A DNA stretch of 64,000 bases, taken from an uncultured Phycisphaerales bacterium. Lineage in GTDB: Bacteria > Planctomycetota > Phycisphaerae > Tepidisphaerales > Tepidisphaeraceae. Location: contig CAWJPJ010000006.1 in assembly GCA_963844715.1 (NCBI GenBank), positions 224,001 through 288,000 of the forward strand. Reading direction: 5' to 3'. The notes under the pieces were generated by a model that searched no databases, was not told the origin of the DNA, and saw nothing but the letters and a program-made list of their open reading frames with translations. Position 1 is the stretch's first letter; each line of letters starts with the position of its first letter. The position numbers were made by a program, and so were the translations under genes. Below, piece after piece: positions 53,461 through 64,000 of this stretch.

Positions 53461-54172
53461 GACGAACATCCGCCTCATGCTTCGCACGGCGCTACAGACC
53501 TTGCAATATGAAATTCACGAAGCGGGCAATGGCCGCGAGGCTTTGGACACGGTCGCAAAATGGTCGCCCGACGTCATGATTCTCGATCTGTCGATGCCCG
53601 TACTCGATGGGATGGGCGTCTTGCAGGAATTGAAGCCCGTTCGCATCGAGCGCAAACCCAGGATCGTCGTCCTGACTGCCTACGGGTCGATTCCAGCCGC
53701 CGTTCGCGCAACGCGCTCTGGGCGCGATCGACTTTCTCGAAAAGCCGGTCTCTCCCGACGAGGTTCGCGAAAGCGTCGAATCGGCCCTTACGGAGCCGAT
53801 GCCGCTGGTCGCCACGGAGCCCTCGGACGATCCGCTCTCGGGCGGCTACGCCGGCGTTCTCATGCGGGCGCGAAAGCGCTGCGCATGGCCCAATACGCCG
53901 ACGCCGAAACGCTTCTGATGAAAGCCGCCGACTTATCTCACAAGGATGCGCCCTACTACAACCTCCTGGGCGTCTTGTACGAAGCGCAGCGGCAGTGGCG
54001 TCTGGCGGCGCGCTTCTACAACAAGGCGATCGCCGTCAACAGCCGCTATGACCCCGCCCAGCGAAATCTTTGGAGATTGCAGGAACTGAAGCGTGCCGGC
54101 AAAACGCGCGAGCCCGCTGTCCTCGGCGATGAGCCCGACGTGATGTTCGCAAAATTGCCCGGAGAATTTTGA
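53420..54172 (+). CDS. Response regulator with C-terminal TPR, no DNA-binding domain (two compensating frameshifts)
   Basis: IVDDE, ILDLSMP, LTAYG; GAIDFLEKP is in the shifted frame; APYYNLLGVLYE...YNKAIAVNSRYDPAQRNL TPR. Confidence 0.85.
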   Translation: MSNQPPRVLIVDDETNIRLMLRTALQTLQYEIHEAGNGREALDTVAKWSPDVMILDLSMPVLDGMGVLQELKPVRIERKPRIVVLTAYGSIPAAVRATRSGRDRLSRKAGLSRRGSRKRRIGPYGADAAGRHGALGRSALGRLRRRSHAGAKALRMAQYADAETLLMKAADLSHKDAPYYNLLGVLYEAQRQWRLAARFYNKAIAVNSRYDPAQRNLWRLQELKRAGKTREPAVLGDEPDVMFAKLPGEF

Positions 54173-54174
54173 TC

Positions 54175-54261
54175 ATGGCAACCGACTTGATTTATGTCCT
54201 TGTACCCATCGCGTTCTTTCTTCTTGCCACCGCGTACCTCTACGCGTGCGGAGGACTTTGA
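54175..54261 (+). CDS. Small hydrophobic peptide upstream of kdpF (MATDLIYVLVPIAFFLLATAYLYACGGL)
   Basis: Hand translation: 28 aa single TM helix, 2 nt after the RR stop and 3 nt before kdpF. Confidence 0.7.
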   Translation: MATDLIYVLVPIAFFLLATAYLYACGGL

Positions 54262-54264
54262 TTT

Positions 54265-54354
54265 ATGACGGCTGAAAATGTCATCGTCGGCCTGATCTGC
54301 ATGGCCCTCATGGCCTATCTATTCGTCGCGCTCATTCGTCCCGAGAAATTCTAA
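54265..54354 (+). CDS. kdpF: K+-transporting ATPase subunit F
   Basis: MTAENVIVGLICMALMAYLFVALIRPEKF; hallmark YL..AL..PEKF end; GGAGG SD. Confidence 0.92.
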   Translation: MTAENVIVGLICMALMAYLFVALIRPEKF

Positions 54355-54390
54355 CCCGCGCCCGGCGCGCTATACACAAGAGAGTGAAAA

Positions 54391-56166
54391 ATGACGGCTG
54401 TTGGATGGTTTCAACTCATTTTGTACGTCGCGATCCTGCTGGCGATCACCAAGCCGCTGGGCGTGTTCCTGGTTCAAGTTCTTGATCCCGCCGGCAAGAC
54501 ATTCCTCGACCGACTGCTCAAGCCGATCGAGAAATTCTTCTACGCGATCCTCCGCGTCGATCCGCACCAGGAGCAGACGTGGCAGCAGTACGGCGTCTCG
54601 ATGCTGATTTTCAGCCTTGTCTCGCTCCTCTTCACATATGGCATTCTGCCGCCTCCAGGCGCATCTCCCGTTTCATCACAGCCTCGACCCCGTACAAAAC
54701 CAGACGACGCTCACGCCCGATCTGGCGTTCAACACCGCGGCCAGCTTCACCACCAACACCAACTGGCAGAACTACGGCGGCGAAAGCACGATGACCTATT
54801 TCTCCCAGATGGTCGCGCTCGCCTCGCATAATTTCTGGTCCGCAGCCATCGGCATTGCCATCGCGGCCGTCATCGTCCGCGGCATCTCCCGCGACCGCGG
54901 CTCAACCGTCGGAAATTTCTGGGCCGATCTCATTCGGCTCAATCTCTATCTCCTGATTCCAATTTGCATCGTCTACGCCCTCTTCCTGATCTCACAGGGG
55001 ATCATTCAAAATTTTCATCCCTATGTGCAGGTGCCGACCCTGGAGCAGCCTTCCAGCGCTCAGATCATTCCCATGGGCCCCGTGGCCTCGCAAATCGCCA
55101 TCAAAATGCTCGGCACCAACGGCGGTGGTTATTTCAATTCCAACGCGTCATTCACCTTCGAGAATCCCACCCCCCTGAGCAACTTCGTGCAGATGCTCTC
55201 CATCTTCGCGATCCCCAGCGCCCTCACCTATTACCTCGGACGAATGGTCAAGAATCAGGCGCATGGCTGGGCCGTCTGGGCCGCGATGGCGATTCTCTTT
55301 GTGGCCGGGTTCACGGTCTGCTATTGGGCCGAAGCGCGCGGCAATCCTATGATGGATAAGGCCGGTGTTCAGGCCGGCGACGGAAACATGGAAGGCAAGG
55401 AAGTGCGGTTCGGCATCGTCAATTCCGCGCTCTTCGCCACGATTACCACAGACGCCTCCTGCGGCGCCGTCAACGCCATGCACGAAAGCTTCACCCCGCT
55501 CGGCGGTATGATTCCCATGATCAACATCCAGCTCGGCGAGATCGTCTTTGGCGGCGTCGGCGCCGGCCTGTATGGCATGCTCGTCTTCGTCGTCCTGGCG
55601 ATCTTCATCGCCGGCCTCATGGTCGGCCGCACGCCGGAGTATCTCGGCAAGAAAATCGAATCCTACGACGTAAAGATGGCATCCCTGGCGGTTCTCATTC
55701 TGATATTCGATATTCTCGGCTTCACCGCCTGGTCATCCGTCAGCTCCTGGGGCGGAGGCACCCCCGCCGGTCCCGGAAACGTGCCCGGCTCCAACGCCAC
55801 CCAATTGAACAACATCGGTCCCCATGGTTTCAGCGAGCTGCTCTATGCCTATAGCTCCTGCACCGGCAACAACGGCAGCGCCTTCGCCGGCCTGAGCGGC
55901 AACACGCCCTGGCTGAACACAACCCTGGCGATCGCGATGCTCTTGGGCCGTTTCATCATGATGGTCCCGATCCTGGCCATGGCTGGAAATCTCGCCAAGA
56001 AAAATTGATCCCCATCAGCGCTGGGACTTTCCCGGTATGGGGCGGGACGTTTGTCCTGCTCCTGGTGGGCACGATCCTCATCGTCGGTGCTCTGACGTTC
56101 TTTCCGGCTCTCAGTCTCGGCCCGGTCGTCGAACACTTTCTGATGATCAATGGTCAAACGTTCTAA
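54391..56166 (+). CDS. kdpA: K+-transporting ATPase subunit A (frameshifts near 54648 and 56003)
   Basis: [28 protein letters not shown] filter motifs; the C-terminus [17 protein letters not shown] is in a third frame. Confidence 0.95.
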
Positions 56167-56187
56167 GCCGCCAACAGGAGGTCTGGC

Positions 56188-56574
56188 ATGGAAATCACAC
56201 GATATTACGCAAATTTGTGTGCAACTCTGGACGCCAAAGCGCCGCCCGAGCCGCACATGATCTTCAGCGATTGGACCCTCTTCGGCATGTTCGCCGTGGG
56301 ACTGATCCTCTTCTGCTACCCCCACGAAAACCATCGACGCGATGTGGCGCTGGTCGGCGCGATCGGCGGGTTGATGGCGGCGGTCTATGCGGTCGCGACC
56401 CCCGCCTGGCCCATGTCCGGCGTGGCCGTCGTCTGGGCCGTCGCGTCATTCTTTCGTTGGCGAAAACAAGTTGCCCGACACGCATTCACCGGCTCTAAAC
56501 GCAAACGCGGATCAATCGCCGGAGGTGTCGATGGTGAATCCCGCTTCGGCCGAACGTTTGGTCCGTTGAATTAG
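56188..56574 (+). CDS. Hypothetical membrane protein (about 3 TM) between kdpA and kdpB
   Basis: AGGAGG SD; three hydrophobic segments then a basic tail; fills the kdpA-kdpB gap. Confidence 0.7.
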   Translation: MEITRYYANLCATLDAKAPPEPHMIFSDWTLFGMFAVGLILFCYPHENHRRDVALVGAIGGLMAAVYAVATPAWPMSGVAVVWAVASFFRWRKQVARHAFTGSKRKRGSIAGGVDGESRFGRTFGPLN

Positions 56575-56582
56575 AGGAAAAT

Positions 56583-58658
<2,076 letters not shown>

Positions 58659-58675
58659 TTGTCTGGAGCAATCCA

Positions 58676-59332
58676 ATGAACCCCCAACCCCCTGTTCAAC
58701 GAAGTGCCATCGCGGAGATTCTGGTCCAGACCTGGATCAGCATCGTCGCAACCATCGCGACCGCCATTCTGTGCTGCGGCGTTTATCCCCTGATCGTCTG
58801 GGGCCTGGGCCAGACCATCTTTCCAAAACAGGCCAACGGCTCGCTCGTCACCAATAGCGCCGGAACCGTCGTCGGCTCAAGACTGATCGGGCAAACTTTC
58901 ACGCTCCCGAAATATTTCCACCCGCGCCCCTCCGCCGCGGGAAATGGCTACGACCCCACGCAAACCGGCGGCACGAACCTGGGCCCCACCAGCGACAAGC
59001 TCTTCAACGGCGTCCACAACCAGTCCAACCCGGCCAATAATTTTGACGGCGTCGTCGATCTCGTCAAAGCCTATCGCGCCGAAAATAATCTCGCCGCCGA
59101 CGCCCCCGTTCCCGCGGATGCTGTGACGCGGTCCGCAAGCGGTTGCGACCCTCACATTTCCCTCGCCAATGCCCTGCTACAGGCTCCGCGCGTCGCCAAG
59201 GCCAGGAATCTGCTCCTCGATCAAGTCAAAACCGTCATCGACCAGAACACCGAAGGCCCCGATTTAGGCTTCCTGGGCGAGAAAGGCGTCAATGTTTTGA
59301 CTTTGAATCTCGCTTTGGACGAAATGAAGTAG
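58676..59332 (+). CDS. kdpC: K+-transporting ATPase subunit C
   Basis: QANGSL, GSRLIGQ, YFHPRPSAAG, VTRSASGCDPHIS, VNVLTLNLALD. Confidence 0.96.
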   Translation: MNPQPPVQRSAIAEILVQTWISIVATIATAILCCGVYPLIVWGLGQTIFPKQANGSLVTNSAGTVVGSRLIGQTFTLPKYFHPRPSAAGNGYDPTQTGGTNLGPTSDKLFNGVHNQSNPANNFDGVVDLVKAYRAENNLAADAPVPADAVTRSASGCDPHISLANALLQAPRVAKARNLLLDQVKTVIDQNTEGPDLGFLGEKGVNVLTLNLALDEMK

Positions 59333-59351
59333 GAGGTTGCGAGCCAATTCA

Positions 59352-61040
59352 ATGGCCGACGATCGCGCAACAACCTTTCTTCAGATGATCCGCAAGTCGC
59401 AGCGCGGGCGTCTGAAAATCTATCTCGGCTATGGACCAGGCGTCGGCAAGACATTCCAGATGCTCCAGGAGGGGCACCGGCTCAAAGCCGACGGCATCGA
59501 CGTCGTCGTCGGCTATGTCGAAACCCACGGCCGCGCCGAAACCCAAAAGCTCGTCGAGGGCCTCGAGGTCGTCCCGCGCCGCAAGATGGAATATCGCGGG
59601 ATCACCATCGACGAAATGGATATCGACGCCATCCTGGCTCGCAAGCCGCAGGTGGTGCTCGTCGATGAATTGGCGCATACGAACGCCCCCGACAGCCGCA
59701 ACCCCAAGCGCTATCAGGATGTCCAGGAACTGCTCGCCGCCGGAATCCACGTCATCTCGACGCTTAACGTTCAGCATCTGGAAAGCCTTTACAACACGGT
59801 CGAGAAGCTGCTCGGCGTAAAAGTCCGCGAGCGCTTGCCCGACGCCGTGCTGGCCGAGGCGGATCAGGTCGTGAATATCGACCTCGCCGCCGAGGATTTG
59901 CAGCGCCGTCTCCGTGAGGGAAAAGTTTATCCCATGGATCGCGCCAAGTCCGCCCTGGAAAACTTCTTCACCAATTCCAATCTCGAGCATCTGCGCGAAT
60001 TGACGCTCCGTGAGGTCGCGTCGCAGTTAGACTTCCGCCGCCGCGAAAAGAAAGCCGCGGGCCAGGAAGCGGCAGCGGGGTCCGATCAAATCATGGTCTG
60101 CCTTTCGTCCGGCGGACCGAACAGCGCCAAGCTGTTGCGTTATGGCTCGCGACTCGCCGGGCGACTCAATCGCAACTGGTACGCCGTCTATGTGCAGACC
60201 CCCAGCGAGGAGCCGACCGTCATCGATGCCCGCATCCAGCGCCTCCTCGCCGACACGCTGACTTTGGCCAATCAACTCGGCGCCACCGTCTTTACGTTCA
60301 AAGGCCACGACGTGGCGGACACGATTCTGCGTTTCGCGCGCGAATATCGCGTCGGAAACATACTCATCGGCCGCCCCGGCCCCCAAACCTTGTGGAAGCG
60401 GATTCTCAATAAGCGCAGCATTGCTGAGGAATTGATCCGGCGCGGCAGCGGCGTGAACGTGATCGTCGTGGACGTGGCCACCGAATCGCTTCCTGAATCC
60501 GAAACAAAAGAAGACATGGGCCCGCCGCAGCATTCTCCCGCCGCCGTTGCCGCCGCCAAGGCCGCCGGCGCTGGAAAAAACGGCAAGACCATCGGCAGTC
60601 AGCTCTCCCCCGATCGCATCCTCATCTGGGAGGACCCCGTAACCAAGGACGACGTCTTCAAGCGCATCTCCATGGCCTTCACGGGCGGCGAGATGACCGC
60701 CGCCGATCGCATCGCCGCCAAACTCAGCGAACGCGAGCGCATCGGCTCCACATTCCTCAACGAAGGCGTCGCCCTCCCGCACGCGCGTATCGAGGATGTA
60801 AAAGAGCCGAAAATCGTCATGGGCGTCACTCACGGCGGCGTGCTCGACGCGCCCACCAAGGAACCCATCGAGGTCGTCTTCGCCCTTCTTTCCCCCACCA
60901 ACGGCGCAACTTCCCACCTCCAGGTTCTCGCCAAAGCGGGCCGCCTTTTCCAGGACCGCGAACTCCGCCGAAGACTCGCCAAAGCCAAAACCCCCCAGGA
61001 TGTCCTGGCGGAACTGGACGCCGCCGAATCTAATGCTTAA
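59352..61040 (+). CDS. kdpD: KdpD N-terminal sensor plus USP domain fused to a PTS EIIA (Fru/Ntr-type) domain; no TM or kinase domain
   Basis: RGRLKIYLGYGPGVGKT, VDELAHTN, LNVQHLESL, LRELTLR; USP region; RERIGSTFLNEGVALPHAR and HLQVLAK EIIA motifs. Confidence 0.88.
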   Translation: MADDRATTFLQMIRKSQRGRLKIYLGYGPGVGKTFQMLQEGHRLKADGIDVVVGYVETHGRAETQKLVEGLEVVPRRKMEYRGITIDEMDIDAILARKPQVVLVDELAHTNAPDSRNPKRYQDVQELLAAGIHVISTLNVQHLESLYNTVEKLLGVKVRERLPDAVLAEADQVVNIDLAAEDLQRRLREGKVYPMDRAKSALENFFTNSNLEHLRELTLREVASQLDFRRREKKAAGQEAAAGSDQIMVCLSSGGPNSAKLLRYGSRLAGRLNRNWYAVYVQTPSEEPTVIDARIQRLLADTLTLANQLGATVFTFKGHDVADTILRFAREYRVGNILIGRPGPQTLWKRILNKRSIAEELIRRGSGVNVIVVDVATESLPESETKEDMGPPQHSPAAVAAAKAAGAGKNGKTIGSQLSPDRILIWEDPVTKDDVFKRISMAFTGGEMTAADRIAAKLSERERIGSTFLNEGVALPHARIEDVKEPKIVMGVTHGGVLDAPTKEPIEVVFALLSPTNGATSHLQVLAKAGRLFQDRELRRRLAKAKTPQDVLAELDAAESNA

Positions 61041-61273
61041 ATGCAACGCGGAGACACAGAGACGCAGAGTTGAAAACCGGCCGCGGCGGGACAACCGCAG
61101 AGAAGTTCGCTTTGCATTTGTTTTTATCCGCGCCCATCCGCGAAATCCGCGGTTAAATTCTTTTTTACCGCGGATTTCGCGGATGGGCGCGGATGAATTC
61201 GAGATCAGTGTTGTGAGTTCATTTGTTTTCTCCGCGTCTTCCTCTGCGTCTCGGCGTCTCTGCGGTTGCATTT
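61039..61273. repeat. Nested inverted repeats
   Basis: Inner perfect 28-bp IR 61126-61153/61167-61194 (family B) inside an imperfect outer IR 61039-61069/61242-61273. Confidence 0.88.
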
Positions 61274-61283
61274 GAGTTTTATC

Positions 61284-62525
61284 ATGCACAACCATCAGCC
61301 GATTTTGGATTGGATCGCCGGCGAGCAGGATCGCATGTTGAGCGAACTGATCGATTGGTGCAACATCAACACCGGCACCGGGAACGTCGCGGGAACGGAC
61401 TCGCTTTTGGAGCGCGTTCTCGACTATGCCGGACCGCTGGGCGAGACGTTCGATTATTTGGAACCGTCGCCCGCAAAGAAAGTGGATCGAACCGGAAACC
61501 TGATCGAGATTCAATTGGGCCGGGTTCTATCCCTGGTAAAGCACCGCGAAGGAACGCGCCGGGTATTGCTCTGCATTCACTCCGACACGGTCTATCCGCC
61601 CGATCATCCATTCCAAAAGGCGGCGATCTCTTCCGATGGAACCCTTCGTGGTCCCGGCGCGGCCGATGCCAAGGGCGGCCTGATCGTCATGCTCACCGCC
61701 CTCCAGGCCTTCGAGCGAAGTCCATTCGCCCAAAACATCTCGTGGCAAGTCCTGATCAATTCCGACGAAGAGATCGGCTCCCCCTCCTCCGCGTCCGCTT
61801 TGGAAGTACTGGCCAAACAAAATGACATCGGCCTGCTCTTCGAACCCGCCCTCAGCGACGGCGGCCTCGCCGACCGCCGCAAAGGCTCCGGTAACTTCAC
61901 CATTGTCGTTCGCGGCAGAAGCGCCCACGCCGGCAGAGATTTCGACGCCGGCAGAAACGCCGTCCTCGCCGCCGCCGAATTGATCGTCGGTTTGCACGAT
62001 CTGAACAAGTCCATCCCCGGCGTCATCGTAAACGTCGGCGCAATCGAAGGCGGCAACTCCCCCAACGTCGTCCCCGACTTGGCGATCTGCCGCGTCAACG
62101 TCCGAACCAGCGAACCCGACGATGAAGGCCGATTGACCGCCGCCATGAACCGCCTCATCGAACAAACCAATCAGCGCGATGGAATCGAAGCGAAGTTAAT
62201 GGGCGCATTTCACTCCCCGCCAAAAATTCCCACCGCCGCCGGGACGGCTTTGTTGAAAGCCACGGTCTGGTGCGGAAAGGAACTGGGCTTGAATCTAACC
62301 ACGCCGCCGGTAGGCGGCTCATGCGATGGCAACCGCCTCGCTGCTGCGGGTCTCCCCAACGTCGACACCCTGGGCGTCCGAGGCGGCAAAACCCACAGCC
62401 CCGAAGAATTCATGGTGCCCAGGAGTTTGACGGAACGAGCGCAGTTGACCGCGCTACTCTTGATGAAACTGGCGGCGGGAGAAATCCCCTGGCCCGCGGA
62501 AACCCGAAACCAGAAACCAGAATGA
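61284..62525 (+). CDS. M20 family metallohydrolase
   Basis: HSDTVY, GPGAADAKGG, DEEIGS, FEP, GRSAHAG, GSCDGN, HSPEE. Confidence 0.88.
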   Translation: MHNHQPILDWIAGEQDRMLSELIDWCNINTGTGNVAGTDSLLERVLDYAGPLGETFDYLEPSPAKKVDRTGNLIEIQLGRVLSLVKHREGTRRVLLCIHSDTVYPPDHPFQKAAISSDGTLRGPGAADAKGGLIVMLTALQAFERSPFAQNISWQVLINSDEEIGSPSSASALEVLAKQNDIGLLFEPALSDGGLADRRKGSGNFTIVVRGRSAHAGRDFDAGRNAVLAAAELIVGLHDLNKSIPGVIVNVGAIEGGNSPNVVPDLAICRVNVRTSEPDDEGRLTAAMNRLIEQTNQRDGIEAKLMGAFHSPPKIPTAAGTALLKATVWCGKELGLNLTTPPVGGSCDGNRLAAAGLPNVDTLGVRGGKTHSPEEFMVPRSLTERAQLTALLLMKLAAGEIPWPAETRNQKPE

Positions 62526-62621
62526 CGAATCAAGCCCGAATGCCCGAATGGACGAACGGTCCTTTCGCTCATTCGGTCATTCGGGTTTGATTCTGGTTTC
62601 TGATTTCGGGTTTCTGGTTTC
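62499..62621. repeat. Heptamer-period inverted repeat, family F (GAAACCA/GAATGAC units)
   Basis: gaaacccgaaaccagaaaccagaatgacgaatcaagcccgaatgcccgaatg paired with cattcggtcattcgggtttgattctggtttctgatttcgggtttctggtttc; partial copy at 13558-13587. Confidence 0.85.
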
Positions 62622-62664
62622 CCACCCATATGCCTGTTCGCGAGAAAGGCCTTAGAATAGGTCC

Positions 62665-63697
62665 ATGGTCCTCGTCCGTCCCGCCTCCATCGGTGATCTC
62701 GACGAACTTCTCGCCCTCGCCGCCTCGGCCGGCGTTGGCCTCACCACTCTGCCCAACGATCGCGAACTGCTCAAAAAAAGAATCCTCAAATCCCAGCGCA
62801 GCATGGAGACCATCTCTGATCGTCCCGGCGGCGAAAGCTATCTCCTTGTCATGCAGGACGTCCCCGGCAACAAAATCATTGGCGCCAGCGGCATCGTCTC
62901 CAAGGTGGGTGGGTTCGAGCCGTTTTACGCTTATCGTTTGGAGACCCAGATTTTCGATTTCAAGCCGCTGAAGGTCCACAAGGAGATTCAGGTCCTGCAT
63001 CTTGTCCGCGAGCACGACGGTCCCGCTGAGGTTGGCAGCCTTTTCCTTGCCGTCGATTACCGAAAAAAAGATTTCGGCCGCTTCCTCCAGCTCGTCCGAT
63101 TCCTCTTCGTCGCCGAACACCCGGATGCGTTTGAATCGACGATCGTCTCCGAACTTCGCGGCGTCATCGACGACAAGGGCTTCTCCCCCTTCTGGGACGC
63201 CGTCGGCAAGCATTTCTTCGAAATCGACTTTCCGAGGGCCGATCATCTCAGCGTCGTCAACAAGAAATTCATCGCCGATCTGATGCCCACGTATCCGATT
63301 TATGTGCCGCTCCTGGCGGCGGGGGCGCAAAAAGTCATCGGCCAAGTTCACGAATCCAGCCGCCCAGCGATGAAAAATCTTCAGGCCGAGGGATTCAAGT
63401 TCAACGGCATGGTCGACATCTTCGACGCCGGCCCGTGCATAAGCTGCCAGCGCGACGACATCCGCACGGTGAAGGAAAGCGCCGTCGCGACGGTCGATTC
63501 GTTCTCCGAGAAAATCGAATCCCCCACATTCATGATCGGAACGAGCGGCGCCGATTTCCGCGCCACGATCGCACCGGTGGAGCGTTTATCCCAGGATTCA
63601 GTTCGCCTGACGCCCGCGACGGCCGAAACCCTGAAGCTCTCCCGGGGCGATCGCGTCCGCATCGCGCTGCTGAGACCAGCCGAGGAGAAATCGTCGA
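62665..63697 (+). CDS. astA: Arginine N-succinyltransferase (absent from ORF track because the frame stays open to the window end)
   Basis: Hand translation: MVLVRPA...GLTTLP, ESYLLVM, PFYAYR, EVGSLFL, SELRG, SPFWDAVG, LMPTYPIYV, VDIFDAGP. Confidence 0.92.
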
Positions 63698-64000
63698 GCG
63701 CCACCGACCCCAATCTCATCGGCGATCGCTGGCTCCCCAGCAAAGGTCCGGAGATCGATTCCGCCGGCGCCGTCGCAGCCGCGGCAAAAGCCTTCCCGGA
63801 CTGGTCCGCTCTGCCCCTTGAGGCTCGCCAAAAGGTTCTCCAGGCGATGGCAGATCAATATCGCGCCCAAAAGGACAAAATCGCCGAGACGATTTGCCGC
63901 GAGACGGGCAAACCCAAATGGGAGTCCCTCGCGGAAGTCGACGCCATGATCGCGAAAGTCGCGATTTCCATCGACGCCTACCACGACCGCTGCGCCGTCA
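63693..64000 (+). CDS. astD: Succinylglutamate semialdehyde dehydrogenase, 5' part (in frame with astA as sequenced)
   Basis: IGDRW...AAAKAFPDWSAL...ICRETGKPKWESLAEVDAMIAKVAISIDAY matches the AstD-type aldehyde dehydrogenase N-terminus. Confidence 0.82.

Noticed and set aside
54172..54391. c-di-AMP riboswitch or KdpE box upstream of kdpFABC
   Set aside because: The interval is filled by two small ORFs, leaving no room for such an element.
54391..56166. kdpA, addA, addB and rseP as true pseudogenes or programmed frameshifts
   Set aside because: Motifs are intact on both sides of each shift and no consistent slippery-site signal is evident; assembly error is simpler.

Overview
GC-rich bacterial chromosomal window, probably from a Planctomycetota genome (likely Phycisphaerae/Tepidisphaerales). 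This is inferred from a LEPR-XLL-type secreted protein, recurrent [AST]T[QRE]P motifs, DUF4190/DUF4175-like proteins and lpxB. It holds mostly housekeeping genes (glcD-like, trpF, pepF, aroF, lpxB, addAB, recO, tRNA-Lys, coaX, mnmE-like, rseP, dxr), a repeat-rich accessory stretch at about 12-18 kb, a kdp K+-uptake locus at 50-61 kb and the start of an arginine succinyltransferase cluster. More than 20 frameshifts, mostly single-base indels and many in homopolymers, break conserved genes and look like long-read assembly errors. Most notable: (1) an unannotated 24-aa Tyr/Phe/Trp-rich leader peptide with terminator/antiterminator, i.e. a ribosome-dependent attenuator, upstream of the DAHP synthase gene; (2) a kdp system with no kdpE, apparently driven by a sigma-54 enhancer-binding protein, with a -24/-12 promoter, tandem UAS, two small membrane peptides and a kinase-less KdpD-USP protein fused to a PTS EIIA domain; (3) several short-period intergenic repeat families, including a composite module repeated three times between unrelated genes. 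All calls come from reading the sequence by eye; no database searches were run.
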